From assembly GCA_965203355.1 (NCBI GenBank), contig OZ241889.1, forward strand, positions 672,001-736,000: a DNA stretch of 64,000 nt, given 5' to 3'. Below are positions 48,877-58,938 of this stretch, piece by piece. This DNA is from Candidatus Latescibacterota bacterium (lineage in GTDB: Bacteria; Latescibacterota; UBA2968; UBA8231). The notes under the pieces are model-generated. The model saw only the letters and a program-made list of their open reading frames with translations, did not search any database and was not told where the DNA came from. Within the stretch, counting starts at the first letter, position 1. Every line of letters begins with the position of its first letter. The translations under genes and the position numbers were made by a program.

Positions 48877-51800
48877 TCAGTTGAAGGTCTCTAGCTGGCG
48901 GCGCAGGGCATCGATCCGCTCGCGGGCTAGCTGCCCCTGTGGGCTCTGGCCCCCTTCGCGACGTGTGATGCGCTCGTAGATGGTCATGGCCGTGGCGTGT
49001 TCGCCCAGCGATTCGTGGCAGCGGGCGCGCTGGAAATCCGCCGAAGTGATCCACATGCTGAGTCCTTGGCTACCGTGGTAACTGACTTTGTAATAGGCTT
49101 GGATCGCCTTGCGGTACTCGCCCATGTTCTGATAGGATTCGCCGATGTAAAACCGGGCTTCTGAAGCACTGTTGCCATTGAGTAGCTGTTGGGAGAGCAG
49201 TTCGTCTAGCTGTTCAATGGCTTGGGCGTATTGGCCCTTATTCTTGAGGATGATACCCAGTTCGAGCTGGACCTCAATGGCTTTGGGGTGCTCGGGGTAC
49301 TGGCTCAGAAGCTGATCGGCCACTTGGTGAGCGGCCTCGTACTCGTGGGCGCTTTGGTAGCTTTTGATCAGTTTCCACATCGCATCTTGAGCCTGATCAC
49401 TACTGACTTCTGGCGCGTCCCAGGCGTGTTTGTAGGCTCCTGCCGCTTGTAGGAAGTTGTGCAGCGAAAAGTGGTAATCCCCGAGGCGCAAGTAGGCGTC
49501 GGCTACCTGAGGACTCGTCGGATATTCTCGGACAAAGCGCGATATGGCCTCCAAGGCGAACATCGCCCCCTCCTCGCTGGGCGTCGCCTTGTTTCGTTTC
49601 CACAGCGTTATAGCCATCCAATAGGCCCCGTCGTCGGCCCACATGCCGCCTTGCTTTTCCACCTCTTGAAACAGTTCGTACGCCTTTTTGTAGTTGCCAG
49701 CCTGTAAATAGTAATTCCCTTCTTCAACCCGGAAGTGCTGACGCCACGCCGTTTCTTCCTTGAACCGCTTGGCAAACCGCTTGGCTGCCTTGCGCCCCTC
49801 CTCTATGCGCTTGAGTCGGAACAAGGCGAGGACGGCTTGTCCGTGAATTAGGATGTCCTCGCTTTGCTTCAGCAAGGGCTGATAGAGTTGGTAGGCTTGG
49901 TTGTATTGCTGGCGGGCAAAGGCGACGTGGCCGGCCCGCGCCGAGGCTTCGGTCGCCAATCCGCTGGAGGCAGATTCTTGGCTGACCTTGCGGAAGAGCC
50001 GAAGGGCGTCGTCTTCCTGACCTAACTTCAGTTGCAGTACCGCTTGGGCGAAGTAGATGCTGTCTAGTCCAGCCGGGTTTGGCTCTTCGGCGAGTATTTG
50101 CCGATAGGTCTCCATGGCCTCGCCATAGCGGTTGAGATGGTGGTAAGCGCGGCCAATTCGTCGCAGGATCGGACCTCTGTCGTCGGAGACTGTCGAGTTG
50201 GAGACCAACGGTTGATACAACTCGATGGCGGCGGCGTATTGGCCGAGCTGAAAATAGGTATCGCCCAACAGTTTCTGAGCAGCGCGGCGCTGGGGAAAGG
50301 CCGGATAACCCCAGCGCAACTCTTGCAGTCGGGCAATAGCTTCTTGGGTCCGCTCTTGCGCTAAACGGATATGGCCCAGTTCAAAGAGCACAGGTGCCGT
50401 CAGCGGACTGTTGGGATAGTCCCGCAGAACGCGCTCGAGCAAATCGGCCGCTGCTTTGTGTTGGCCTTTTTCCACTAGGCAAAGACTCTTTCCGTATAGA
50501 GCGTGGGGTACGAGTGGACTGTCAGAAGAGAGCTGGCGAAGCTGATCGTAGGCCGCAATGGCTCCGGCGAACCAAGTAGTGTCGGTCGCCCCGAGCTGGC
50601 GGCGAGCATCGCCTAGCTGCAAAAGGGCTTGCGCTAGATGGGCACTGCGCCCGTCGGAAAACTCGGCGACGAAAGCGGCAATCTCCTCTTCGAGCGTTGG
50701 TAGCCGCAGTGAGTCGGGGCGGTCCTCAGCTTCGAGTTTAATGAGGCTAAGCCGTGCGCGCTGCGCCCAAGTGTTGTCGGTGGGGGTTTGCTCGGTGAGA
50801 ACGCGGTATTCCCTTAGAGCTAGATCCCGTAGCGAGTCTGCGCTGGCAGGCTGCGCCTCTAGCTGGCGTTGGCGGGCGAGTCGGAGCAGACTTTCGGCTA
50901 GAAAATACTGCGCCTCGTCGTTGTAGAGGGCGTCTGGATAGGCCGTGGCATAGTGTTTGAACGATTGGGCGGCTGCGATAAAATCGCGATGCGAGAACAG
51001 GACTCTAGCGACCGCTAGCTGCACTAGCTGGCGCGACTTGCCGCTCAACTCATCGAGCCAAGCTTTTTGCAAGGTCCGGTTGAGACCGGCCGGGTCCAAG
51101 ACGGTAAATTCGCGCAGATATTCGATTCGCTGGCGCACCGCCTCGCTCTGGCGGTCGGCGGGGAAGAGTTCGAGGAAAACCACGTACTCGCGCAGTGCCG
51201 CACTCGGTTGTCCGCTTTGCTCAAAAGTTCGGGCGAGGGCAAATTGCGCTTTAGCTGCCACCTCGCTCCGACCCGAAGCTAGCTGGCGATAGAGAGATAT
51301 GGCTTCTTGGTAGTGGCCGGTTGAGGCATAGAGTGCGGCGAGTTCGAAGCGTACGGCGTCGGCATCGGCGGCCTCATCGGCTTCCCTTAGGTAGCGGCGG
51401 TACCAAGTTATCGCACGGCTGTGGAAAGCAGCAATCCCCTCTCCGAAAGTCAATGATCGCAGCGAGTCGGCCTCGCTGTCGCCGCGCCGTTTGTAGAGGG
51501 TGCCTAACTCCCGCAGCGCACTAATGGCTTCGGGACTGTCGCCAGTCTGGATCAATCCTTGAAAAAGGCCTGCTGCGCGGGCGAATTGTCCGGCTTGGCC
51601 CAGAACGATGGCTCGGCCCAGTTGCGCCTTTAGGTACGCAGGGTGTCCAGGTTGGATCATGGCACTCAGTTTGTCGTAGTGGGCGATGGCTTCGCTCGTC
51701 TGATGACTCTGGCGGCGGGCGTCGGCCAGCCCTAGGAGTGCGCTTTCTTTGAGAGCACTGTCGCCGATTTTGTTAAAGGCCCGCTGATAGGCGTCTCCAG

Positions 51801-52596
51801 CTTGGCTAAAAAGGTGCGAGCGATAGAAATAGTCTGCGCGATCTAGATAGGCACTGTCGGTCTGCGCCGCCTTGGGAAAGTGCCGCTCTAGCGACTTGAA
51901 CTGCTTCTCCGCTGTTTCCCGGTTGCCCATAAAGAGAGCGATGCGCCCTCCGAGGAGCAGGGCACTAGGAGCGAGGGAAGGTGGAGGTTTAGTGGCGGCG
52001 ATTTGCTCGAGGAGTTGTTGGGCTTCTGCGGCCCGACCAGCCGCAAAGCGCAACTGGGCTAGCTGATAGCGGGCCAAATGCGCTTGCTCAGACCTCGTGT
52101 AATCGGCCAGCAGACGTCCATAAGCCGCTTCGGCTTGTCGCAAATTTTCGGCGCGGGTATAATTGATTGCTGCCTCAATCAAGGCACTGGCGGCGAAATC
52201 GCTGGTGCTGAAGCGACGCTGCAACTCTTCATATGATCGGGCAGCCAGCAAGTATTGACCTTGCTCGGCCAAACAAGCCGCTCGCTCGCGCCGTGCGTTG
52301 GCGGCGTTCAACAAGTGATCGGGATGTTCGAGATAAAACGTCTCGTAGGCTGGCACCGCTAGGTCGCAACGGCTGCTCTGGCGGTACGCACGGGCGAGCA
52401 TTAGTCTGGCTTCGGCTAGCTGCGGGCTATCGGGATAATTGCGAATAAACTCGGCGAATAGCCCGGCAGCCGTGGCGTAGTCGCCGGCATCCCGGAAGAG
52501 ATTTCGGGCCAGTTTGAAGTCGTCCTCTGCGCTCGTTTGCGCCCAGATCTGGGTGTTTAGGCAGAGGAGAAGCACTAATATCAACTTTGGCAACAT
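48877..52596 (-). CDS. Large exported TPR-repeat protein (CpoB/BamD-like repeats)
   Basis: Signal peptide; many TPRs with YP.S motifs; start could be 52635. Confidence 0.85.
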   Translation of the reverse strand: MLPKLILVLLLCLNTQIWAQTSAEDDFKLARNLFRDAGDYATAAGLFAEFIRNYPDSPQLAEARLMLARAYRQSSRCDLAVPAYETFYLEHPDHLLNAANARRERAACLAEQGQYLLAARSYEELQRRFSTSDFAASALIEAAINYTRAENLRQAEAAYGRLLADYTRSEQAHLARYQLAQLRFAAGRAAEAQQLLEQIAATKPPPSLAPSALLLGGRIALFMGNRETAEKQFKSLERHFPKAAQTDSAYLDRADYFYRSHLFSQAGDAYQRAFNKIGDSALKESALLGLADARRQSHQTSEAIAHYDKLSAMIQPGHPAYLKAQLGRAIVLGQAGQFARAAGLFQGLIQTGDSPEAISALRELGTLYKRRGDSEADSLRSLTFGEGIAAFHSRAITWYRRYLREADEAADADAVRFELAALYASTGHYQEAISLYRQLASGRSEVAAKAQFALARTFEQSGQPSAALREYVVFLELFPADRQSEAVRQRIEYLREFTVLDPAGLNRTLQKAWLDELSGKSRQLVQLAVARVLFSHRDFIAAAQSFKHYATAYPDALYNDEAQYFLAESLLRLARQRQLEAQPASADSLRDLALREYRVLTEQTPTDNTWAQRARLSLIKLEAEDRPDSLRLPTLEEEIAAFVAEFSDGRSAHLAQALLQLGDARRQLGATDTTWFAGAIAAYDQLRQLSSDSPLVPHALYGKSLCLVEKGQHKAAADLLERVLRDYPNSPLTAPVLFELGHIRLAQERTQEAIARLQELRWGYPAFPQRRAAQKLLGDTYFQLGQYAAAIELYQPLVSNSTVSDDRGPILRRIGRAYHHLNRYGEAMETYRQILAEEPNPAGLDSIYFAQAVLQLKLGQEDDALRLFRKVSQESASSGLATEASARAGHVAFARQQYNQAYQLYQPLLKQSEDILIHGQAVLALFRLKRIEEGRKAAKRFAKRFKEETAWRQHFRVEEGNYYLQAGNYKKAYELFQEVEKQGGMWADDGAYWMAITLWKRNKATPSEEGAMFALEAISRFVREYPTSPQVADAYLRLGDYHFSLHNFLQAAGAYKHAWDAPEVSSDQAQDAMWKLIKSYQSAHEYEAAHQVADQLLSQYPEHPKAIEVQLELGIILKNKGQYAQAIEQLDELLSQQLLNGNSASEARFYIGESYQNMGEYRKAIQAYYKVSYHGSQGLSMWITSADFQRARCHESLGEHATAMTIYERITRREGGQSPQGQLARERIDALRRQLETFN
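51418..51479. repeat. 57-bp palindromic in-frame insertion flanked by GCTGT direct repeats, inside the TPR gene
   Basis: GCTGT at 51418-51422 and 51475-51479; hairpin CAGCGAG/CTCGCTG; interrupts a TPR helix-turn. Confidence 0.55.
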
Positions 52597-52683
52597 ATCA
52601 ATCCTCAAGGGAATGCCAATCTGACACTTAATCAACTAATAAGAGTGTAAAATTATAGTGAAATGTGGTCAAGGTGTACATCT

Positions 52684-53541
52684 ATGGAGAGTCTGCTGGT
52701 CGAAAAAGCATACGCAAAAATAAACTTGGGGCTTAAGGTTGTCGGTCGTCGTCCCGATGGCTACCACGACATCCTCAGTGTGGCTCAATGCGTGGATTTA
52801 GCGGATGTCTTGTACTTTGAATTAGCTTCCTCCAATCAATTGACTTGTAGCCTCGATAACCTATCGACGGGGGCAGACAACTTGGTGTGCCGCGCAGTTG
52901 ATGCCTTTCATGCTCGGCTCGACCGCCCCGCCCAGTCGTTCCGCGTCCACTTAGCAAAGAACATACCCATAGGCGCGGGCCTAGGCGGGGGCAGTGCCGA
53001 CGCGGCCGCGGCCCTGCGAGCACTCAATCGCTTCTATGGCCACCCATTCTCTAACGTAGGTCTCCGCCAGATCGCCGCCACCCTTGGCTCGGACATTCCC
53101 TTTCTAGTGGAAGGGGGCACCGCTCGAATGAGAGGCCGAGGTGAGATACTCGAAAAGCTGAGTTGGAAGGGCGCGGTTTTTTACGTGTTGGCATATCCCG
53201 AGGTCGAGATCAGCACGGCTTGGGCTTATGACCAACTCGGCCCTATCTTGACAGAAAATTCTCCCTATTTTAACTTTATTATTTCCCTGAGCGGCGGGTG
53301 CGTTGACCACGACAGGTTATTTGAAGTGCTGGAGAACGACTTCACGCCCGCGGTAGATCGCACCTATCCCATCGTCGCAGAACTTCGTTCTCAACTGGAC
53401 CGAGTGGGTGCTCGCGCCACGTCCATGTCGGGCAGCGGCTCCACTGTTTACGGTATCTTCGACGACCGGAAGACCGCCTCTCAGGCGCACAACGCACTGC
53501 AAAGGCAAGGTTGCCGGTCTTTTTTATGTCAGCCAGTCTAA
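52684..53541 (+). CDS. ispE: 4-diphosphocytidyl-2-C-methyl-D-erythritol kinase
   Basis: AKINLGL, RPDGYH, KNIPIGAGLGGGSADAAA, GSDIPF, MSGSG. Confidence 0.96.
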   Translation: MESLLVEKAYAKINLGLKVVGRRPDGYHDILSVAQCVDLADVLYFELASSNQLTCSLDNLSTGADNLVCRAVDAFHARLDRPAQSFRVHLAKNIPIGAGLGGGSADAAAALRALNRFYGHPFSNVGLRQIAATLGSDIPFLVEGGTARMRGRGEILEKLSWKGAVFYVLAYPEVEISTAWAYDQLGPILTENSPYFNFIISLSGGCVDHDRLFEVLENDFTPAVDRTYPIVAELRSQLDRVGARATSMSGSGSTVYGIFDDRKTASQAHNALQRQGCRSFLCQPV

Positions 53542-53571
53542 CTCGGGGTAATGCGAGGCACAGAGATAGGT

Positions 53572-53646
53572 AGCCCGGTCGTTCAATTGGTAGGACAACG
53601 GATTTTGGTTCCGTTTATCGAGGTTCGAGTCCTCGCCGGGCTGCCA
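53572..53646 (+). tRNA. tRNA-Gln(TTG)
   Basis: AGCCCGG/CCGGGCT acceptor stem; anticodon arm ACGGA-TT-TTG-GT-TCCGT; GGTTCGAG; CCA; canonical position after ispE. Confidence 0.95.
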
Positions 53647-53690
53647 TTATGCCATTGATATTTGATTGAGTCTTTTGAGGAGATTTTTCG

Positions 53691-54377
53691 ATGCCGCAAG
53701 TTCCGCTACACATCCAAGCGCGCGAGCAGGTTGCGCTCAAGATCCAGTCCCGCCAGGAGCAGGGCAAGGGGCCGGTGGGCCAAATGCGTCGCTTACAGGG
53801 CCAGTTGCCCGGAGTGATTTACGGCCACAATCAGCCCGCTGAGTCCTTTAAGACGGATGCTCATACCTTGGAACAGATCCTGAGCAAGGGCGGGCAAAAC
53901 GCGATCATTTTGGTTGAGCACGAAGAGTCCGATAAGGACCCTGAGCAGGCTCTGATTCGCCACATCCAATACCACAAGGTGCGCGGCGATGTGCTGCACT
54001 TAGACCTTCTGCGCATTGACCCGAGCGAGACGCTGCGTGCCAATGTTCCAATCCTGACTGAGGGAGTGCCCGAAGGCGTCCGCAACGAGGGCGGGGCCTT
54101 GCAGCAGACGCTGACCTCAATCGAAATGGAATGCGTCGTCTCGGAAATGCCCTCCACGATGGTGATTGACATCTCTTCGCTGGTCATTGGCGATAGCCTG
54201 CACGTGAGCGATCTCATCGAACAAGAGCCGCGCATTACCACCGACCCGGATCGCACGATTGTCAACATTTTGGCTCCGCGCTTGATCGCTGCCGAGGAAG
54301 AAGCCGAAGAAGGCGAAGGCGAAGGCGAAGAAGAAGGTGGCGAAGGAGGCGAAGGCGAAGAAGGCGGCGAAGAGTAG
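53691..54377 (+). CDS. rplY: 50S ribosomal protein L25/Ctc
   Basis: PGVIYG, IQYH...LHLD, GVRNEGG, IGDSLHVSD; acidic Glu/Gly tail. Confidence 0.93.
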   Translation: MPQVPLHIQAREQVALKIQSRQEQGKGPVGQMRRLQGQLPGVIYGHNQPAESFKTDAHTLEQILSKGGQNAIILVEHEESDKDPEQALIRHIQYHKVRGDVLHLDLLRIDPSETLRANVPILTEGVPEGVRNEGGALQQTLTSIEMECVVSEMPSTMVIDISSLVIGDSLHVSDLIEQEPRITTDPDRTIVNILAPRLIAAEEEAEEGEGEGEEEGGEGGEGEEGGEE

Positions 54378-54379
54378 GT

Positions 54380-54937
54380 TTGCAAGTAACTTTGGGTTTG
54401 GGCAATCCCGGTGTGCGCTACGCGTCAACGCGGCACAATATAGGATTTATGGTGGTAGATCATCTAGCGGCGCGCTGTGGTGTTGACTGGCAGCATCAAG
54501 CGGATCTACAGGGCCAAGTGGGCCAAGTGGTGCTGGGTGGTCGGGAAGTGCTCTTGGCCAAGCCCCAGACCTATATGAACCGCAGCGGCCGCACGGCCGC
54601 TGCCCTTTGCGCTCAATGGGAAGTGTCTCCCGAAGACGTACTGGTCGTCTTCGACGACTTTCTCCTCGACTTCGGGCGTCTGCGCTTTCGCCGCGGCGGT
54701 AGTGATGGTGGGCACAACGGTTTGGCTTCGGTGCTCGAAGCACTCAACACGGAGGCGGTGCCGCGTCTGCGCCTAGGTATCGGTATTCCACCCGCAGGCG
54801 CGGACATCATTGACTACGTTCTGGATCCGTTTTCTCCAGCAGATGAAGTAGAAGACCTGATTGAGCGTGGGAATGCGGCACTTGAAGTGTACTACGCCGA
54901 AGGCATTGAGGCGGCCATGAACAAGTTCAACAGTTAA
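54380..54937 (+). CDS. pth: Peptidyl-tRNA hydrolase
   Basis: [36 protein letters not shown]. Confidence 0.96.
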   Translation: MQVTLGLGNPGVRYASTRHNIGFMVVDHLAARCGVDWQHQADLQGQVGQVVLGGREVLLAKPQTYMNRSGRTAAALCAQWEVSPEDVLVVFDDFLLDFGRLRFRRGGSDGGHNGLASVLEALNTEAVPRLRLGIGIPPAGADIIDYVLDPFSPADEVEDLIERGNAALEVYYAEGIEAAMNKFNS

Positions 54938-54972
54938 TAAAGAAACGTAGCCGAGGGAGGATACAAACGCAT

Positions 54973-57015
54973 ATGGAGGTCTGGACAAGCGCAGCGCCAT
55001 TCATAGGTCTGGGCGGTTTGCTTTGCTCGCTTTTGCTGTACTTTTACATCAAAAGGTCTCCGGCTGGTACTCCAGAGATGATGGAAATCTCAGAGGCTAT
55101 CCACGAGGGAGCGATGGCCTTTCTCAAACGCGAGTACACCATCCTCGCCGGATTTATCGTCATCGTCTTCGCCCTCCTTTTTGCCTTCGTGGGCTTCCAC
55201 ACTGCGTACGCTTTCTTGGCGGGAGCCGTTTGTTCCATTTTGGCCGGTTATACCGGCATGAAGGCGGCCTGCCACGCCAATGTTCGCGCCGCCCAAGCGG
55301 CCAACCAGCACGGCCAAGGACCCGCGCTGAACATCGCTTTTTCAGGAGGGGCAGTGATGGGACTTGCCGTGGCTGGCTTGGGTCTTTTCGGCATTGGTGC
55401 CTTGGCTAGTGCCATTGGTATGTGGGACGACATAAGCCAAGCATCCACGATCAATGGCTTCGCTATGGGGGCCTCTTCGATCGCTCTTTTCGCGCGCGTT
55501 GGCGGTGGCATCTTCACCAAGACCGCGGATGTGGGGGCCGACTTAGTAGGCAAGGTGGAGGCGGGGATTCCCGAGGACGACCCCCGCAATCCAGCCGTTA
55601 TTGCCGACAATGTAGGCGACAATGTAGGCGATGTCGCTGGCATGGGTGCCGACATCTTTGAATCGTATGTCGGGTCGGTCATCGCTACCATTGCCATCGC
55701 TGCCACCGCGTCCGCGTCCCTGCTGGCCACTATTGCTCCCAGTATCTCCGATCCGACTCAGGCGAAACTCGCGGCGATGAGCTTCCCGCTGATCGTCATT
55801 ATGATCGGTATAGCCGCGTCGCTGCTGGGCGTGTTGATGGTGCGGATACTACAAAATTTTGACCCCGGTGCCGCATTGCGCTACTCGACTTGGGCTGCTG
55901 CCGCACTCATGATTTTGGGTGCTTGGTGGGTCGCCGGGACAATCGGCCTGTCCAAGCAGCCAGTGTGGGCCCTGTGCGCTGGCTGCTTGGCCGGGATCGC
56001 TATCGGCCTTTTTACCGAGTACTACACTGGCGGCAAACCCATCCGCACCATCGCTGAAACCTCCAAGACCGGCGTGGCGACTAACATTATTTCCGGTCTG
56101 GCCATAGGCATGGAGAGCGTTGTCTTGCCGACCTTGGGTATCGTCGTCGCCATTGGCTTGGCCTTCCACTTTGCCGGGCTTTTTGGGATTGGCATTGCCG
56201 CTGTCGGTATGCTAGCCACAGTGGGTATCACCATGTCGGTTGACGCCTATGGCCCCATCGCCGACAACGCCGGTGGCATTACCGAAATGGCGGGCTTGGG
56301 CGAAGACACGCGCAAGATCACCGATGGTCTCGACTCCCTCGGCAACACGACCGCGGCCATGGGCAAGGGGTTTGCCATTGGCTCGGCGGCGTTGACGGCG
56401 TTGGCACTTTTTTCGGCCTATTCCTCCGCCATAGAGAAGAAAACCGGTGAGCCGGTCGTCATTGACGTGACTGAGCCGATTGTCGTCGGTGGGCTTTTTA
56501 TCGGCGCGATTATTCCCTACCTCGCGGCCTCCATAACCATGACCTCGGTCGGCAAGGCCGCCTTCAAGATGGTTGAGGAAGTCCGGCGCCAGTTCCGCGA
56601 GATCGAGGGCCTGATGGAAGGCAAGGCCAAACCCGATACGCGACGCTGCGTGGAGATTAGCACGACGGCGGCCCTGCGCGAAATGATTCTACCGGGCCTG
56701 TTGGCGGTGTTGGCGCCGGTCGCGGTTGGTTTCGGTCTCGGTCCCATTGCCTTAGGCGGGATGCTCGCCGGGGCGACGGTCAGCGGCGTCTTGTTGGCAC
56801 TGATGATGGCCAACAGCGGTGGGGCTTGGGACAACGCCAAAAAGTGGATCGAAGAGGGCCACTTGGGTGGCAAAGGCTCCGACCCACACAAAGCCGCTGT
56901 CGTCGGCGATACGGTCGGCGACCCATTCAAGGACACCTCGGGGCCGTCTCTCAACATACTCATCAAGCTGATGTCGGTGATATCTCTCGTCCTGGCACCG
57001 CTTTTAGCGGTCTGA
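54973..57015 (+). CDS. hppA: Membrane-bound pyrophosphatase, K+-dependent (likely Na+-translocating)
   Basis: [26 protein letters not shown] (Ala marks K+ dependence), [10 protein letters not shown]. Confidence 0.95.
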   Translation: MEVWTSAAPFIGLGGLLCSLLLYFYIKRSPAGTPEMMEISEAIHEGAMAFLKREYTILAGFIVIVFALLFAFVGFHTAYAFLAGAVCSILAGYTGMKAACHANVRAAQAANQHGQGPALNIAFSGGAVMGLAVAGLGLFGIGALASAIGMWDDISQASTINGFAMGASSIALFARVGGGIFTKTADVGADLVGKVEAGIPEDDPRNPAVIADNVGDNVGDVAGMGADIFESYVGSVIATIAIAATASASLLATIAPSISDPTQAKLAAMSFPLIVIMIGIAASLLGVLMVRILQNFDPGAALRYSTWAAAALMILGAWWVAGTIGLSKQPVWALCAGCLAGIAIGLFTEYYTGGKPIRTIAETSKTGVATNIISGLAIGMESVVLPTLGIVVAIGLAFHFAGLFGIGIAAVGMLATVGITMSVDAYGPIADNAGGITEMAGLGEDTRKITDGLDSLGNTTAAMGKGFAIGSAALTALALFSAYSSAIEKKTGEPVVIDVTEPIVVGGLFIGAIIPYLAASITMTSVGKAAFKMVEEVRRQFREIEGLMEGKAKPDTRRCVEISTTAALREMILPGLLAVLAPVAVGFGLGPIALGGMLAGATVSGVLLALMMANSGGAWDNAKKWIEEGHLGGKGSDPHKAAVVGDTVGDPFKDTSGPSLNILIKLMSVISLVLAPLLAV

Positions 57016-57054
57016 GGGATGTGCCCCAGACCAGAACCAAGAAAGCGCAATACA

Positions 57055-57585
57055 ATGAGAAATTACGAACTCGTATGTATCTTGGATCCCCAAGCCGACG
57101 AGGGCCAATACGATCAACTCGTCGAAAAGTACGAGGCTCTACTTGAAGAAAATGGCGGGCAAGTCGCCCGAATCGACAACTGGGGCTTGCGGCGTCTGGC
57201 CTATACTTCGGCTAGCTTGAAGAATCGCCGTCAAGGCTACTACGTGCTCTATCAGTTTTCTGCCGAGCCGACGGTGATCGAGGGGCTGGAACAGACGCTC
57301 AAGCTCGAAGAAGCGGTGCTGCGCTATCTCATCACGGCGGTCGAAGGCGAGTTCATCCACGTACCCCAGCTGGCCGCCGACAATTTCTTTGAAGAAGCCT
57401 TTGCCCGGCCGACCCGCGGCCCGAGGGATCGAGGTGGCCTACATCGGGACTCCCGTGAACCGAGGGACCGCGACGCCAGCCGCCGCGATGCTGCCTCTGA
57501 GGACAATAAGCCTAGTGAGGCGTCAGAGGAGGCACCCGAGGAGGCACCCGGGGAGGCCGTAGTCCAAGAGTCCGACGACTCTTAG
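57055..57585 (+). CDS. rpsF: 30S ribosomal protein S6 with long charged C-terminal tail
   Basis: MRNYELVCILDP, WGLRRLAY, GYYVL, VLRYL. Confidence 0.93.
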   Translation: MRNYELVCILDPQADEGQYDQLVEKYEALLEENGGQVARIDNWGLRRLAYTSASLKNRRQGYYVLYQFSAEPTVIEGLEQTLKLEEAVLRYLITAVEGEFIHVPQLAADNFFEEAFARPTRGPRDRGGLHRDSREPRDRDASRRDAASEDNKPSEASEEAPEEAPGEAVVQESDDS

Positions 57586-57597
57586 CGTCGGCAGCCG

Positions 57598-58413
57598 ATG
57601 CTGATTCTGCTGGGCATAGTGCTGGCAGTCGTTTCGCTTTTGACCAGTTTGCGCTACGGCTCGCGCGGTGCCTTGCCCTTGATCGGCCTACTCTGCTTGG
57701 GCACCGTCATGCTGCTAGGTGCCATGTTGGGGCTAGTGCCCATTATGGGGTTGCTCGCCGTTTTGCAAATAGAGCGTCAGCAGACCTATGGTCGCGTCTT
57801 GGCCATGGTCTGCACACCGCCAGCTATCTTGTGTTTCTGGCAGTTAATTCAGGGGCTCGATGGCGCACATCGCCAAGAGCAAGCCGCCGCCTTCTTGGAG
57901 CAGTTCCAAGCCCTAGGGATGGCTGTAGAAGAGGAAAGCGGCCAGACGCTAAGCGCGATGATTGACGCGGTCCTGCGAGTGCAGCCGGCCATTGAGATGG
58001 CGATTCTGCTTTTGATTTTTGTCGTGGCGTATCGGTTGAGCCGAGGCTTGGCCTTGCGGCTGGGGCTGTCGTTGCCCTCTCCCCTGCCGTTGCTGTTGTG
58101 GCGGCCTTGGGAAGAGCTGATCTGGGTATTGATCGCGGCCTTGGGCCTAAGTCTTTTGGGCGACGGATTGTTGGCCGATTTGGGCCTCAATTTGATCGTG
58201 TTGATGGGGATTGTCTACGCAGTGCAAGGCTTGGCTGTCTTGCGCTTTTTCGCCCTGCGCCAACGGGTGCCGGCATTGGTTGAACTGTTGTTTTACGTAG
58301 GGCTTTTTTTTGTCGCAGGCTTGGCGTTTCTACTCTTGGCGGGCCTAGGGCTTTTGGATACTTGGTTTGATTGGCGCCGGCTGCGTCCTGCTCCCACAGA
58401 GGAAGAAGCGTAA
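57598..58413 (+). CDS. DUF2232 (YybS-like) membrane protein
   Basis: YAVQGLAV, GLLDTWFDWRR; usual neighbour of rplI. Confidence 0.8.
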   Translation: MLILLGIVLAVVSLLTSLRYGSRGALPLIGLLCLGTVMLLGAMLGLVPIMGLLAVLQIERQQTYGRVLAMVCTPPAILCFWQLIQGLDGAHRQEQAAAFLEQFQALGMAVEEESGQTLSAMIDAVLRVQPAIEMAILLLIFVVAYRLSRGLALRLGLSLPSPLPLLLWRPWEELIWVLIAALGLSLLGDGLLADLGLNLIVLMGIVYAVQGLAVLRFFALRQRVPALVELLFYVGLFFVAGLAFLLLAGLGLLDTWFDWRRLRPAPTEEEA

Positions 58414-58456
58414 GGATCAAACAACATCGCCTTTTCTATGAAGTGGAGGAAAAATA

Positions 58457-58900
58457 GTGAAAGTAATTCTATTAAAGGACATTGAATCCTTGGGTTCGGC
58501 CGGCGAGGTCGTGGAGGTAAAGAACGGGTATGGTCGCAACTTCCTGATCCCTCGCAATGAGGCCCTGATCGCCAGTGCCGCCAACATGGCTCAATTTGAG
58601 TCTAGGCGCAAACAGCAAGAGACCTTGGCCGAGCGCGACCGCCGCGCCGCCGAGGCCCTCGCCAAAAAGCTGGAAGCGGAGTCGCTTACCGCGCAGGTCA
58701 AGGTTGGCGAGGAGGATCGCCTCTTCGGTTCGGTAACTGCTCAGCATATCGCCGAACTGCTCGATGAAAAGGGCTACGACATAGATCGCCGCGCCATCCA
58801 TCTCGAAGACCCCATCCGCGAACTGGGTGTTTACAATGTCGAAGTGCGTCTCCACCCGGAGGTAGCAACAGCGGTCAAGTTGTGGGTCGTCAAGGAATAG
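58457..58900 (+). CDS. rplI: 50S ribosomal protein L9
   Basis: MKVILL, VKNGYGRNFLIP, LFGSVT, LHPEV. Confidence 0.97.
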   Translation: MKVILLKDIESLGSAGEVVEVKNGYGRNFLIPRNEALIASAANMAQFESRRKQQETLAERDRRAAEALAKKLEAESLTAQVKVGEEDRLFGSVTAQHIAELLDEKGYDIDRRAIHLEDPIRELGVYNVEVRLHPEVATAVKLWVVKE

Positions 58901-58938
58901 CGCAAGGCTAGGCTCTCCCTCCTCAACGGAGGTAATTC

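Noticed and set aside
54294-54374. GAAGGCGAA-type repeats
   Set aside because: They encode the ordinary acidic Glu/Gly tail of L25/Ctc; not a CRISPR array or mobile repeat.
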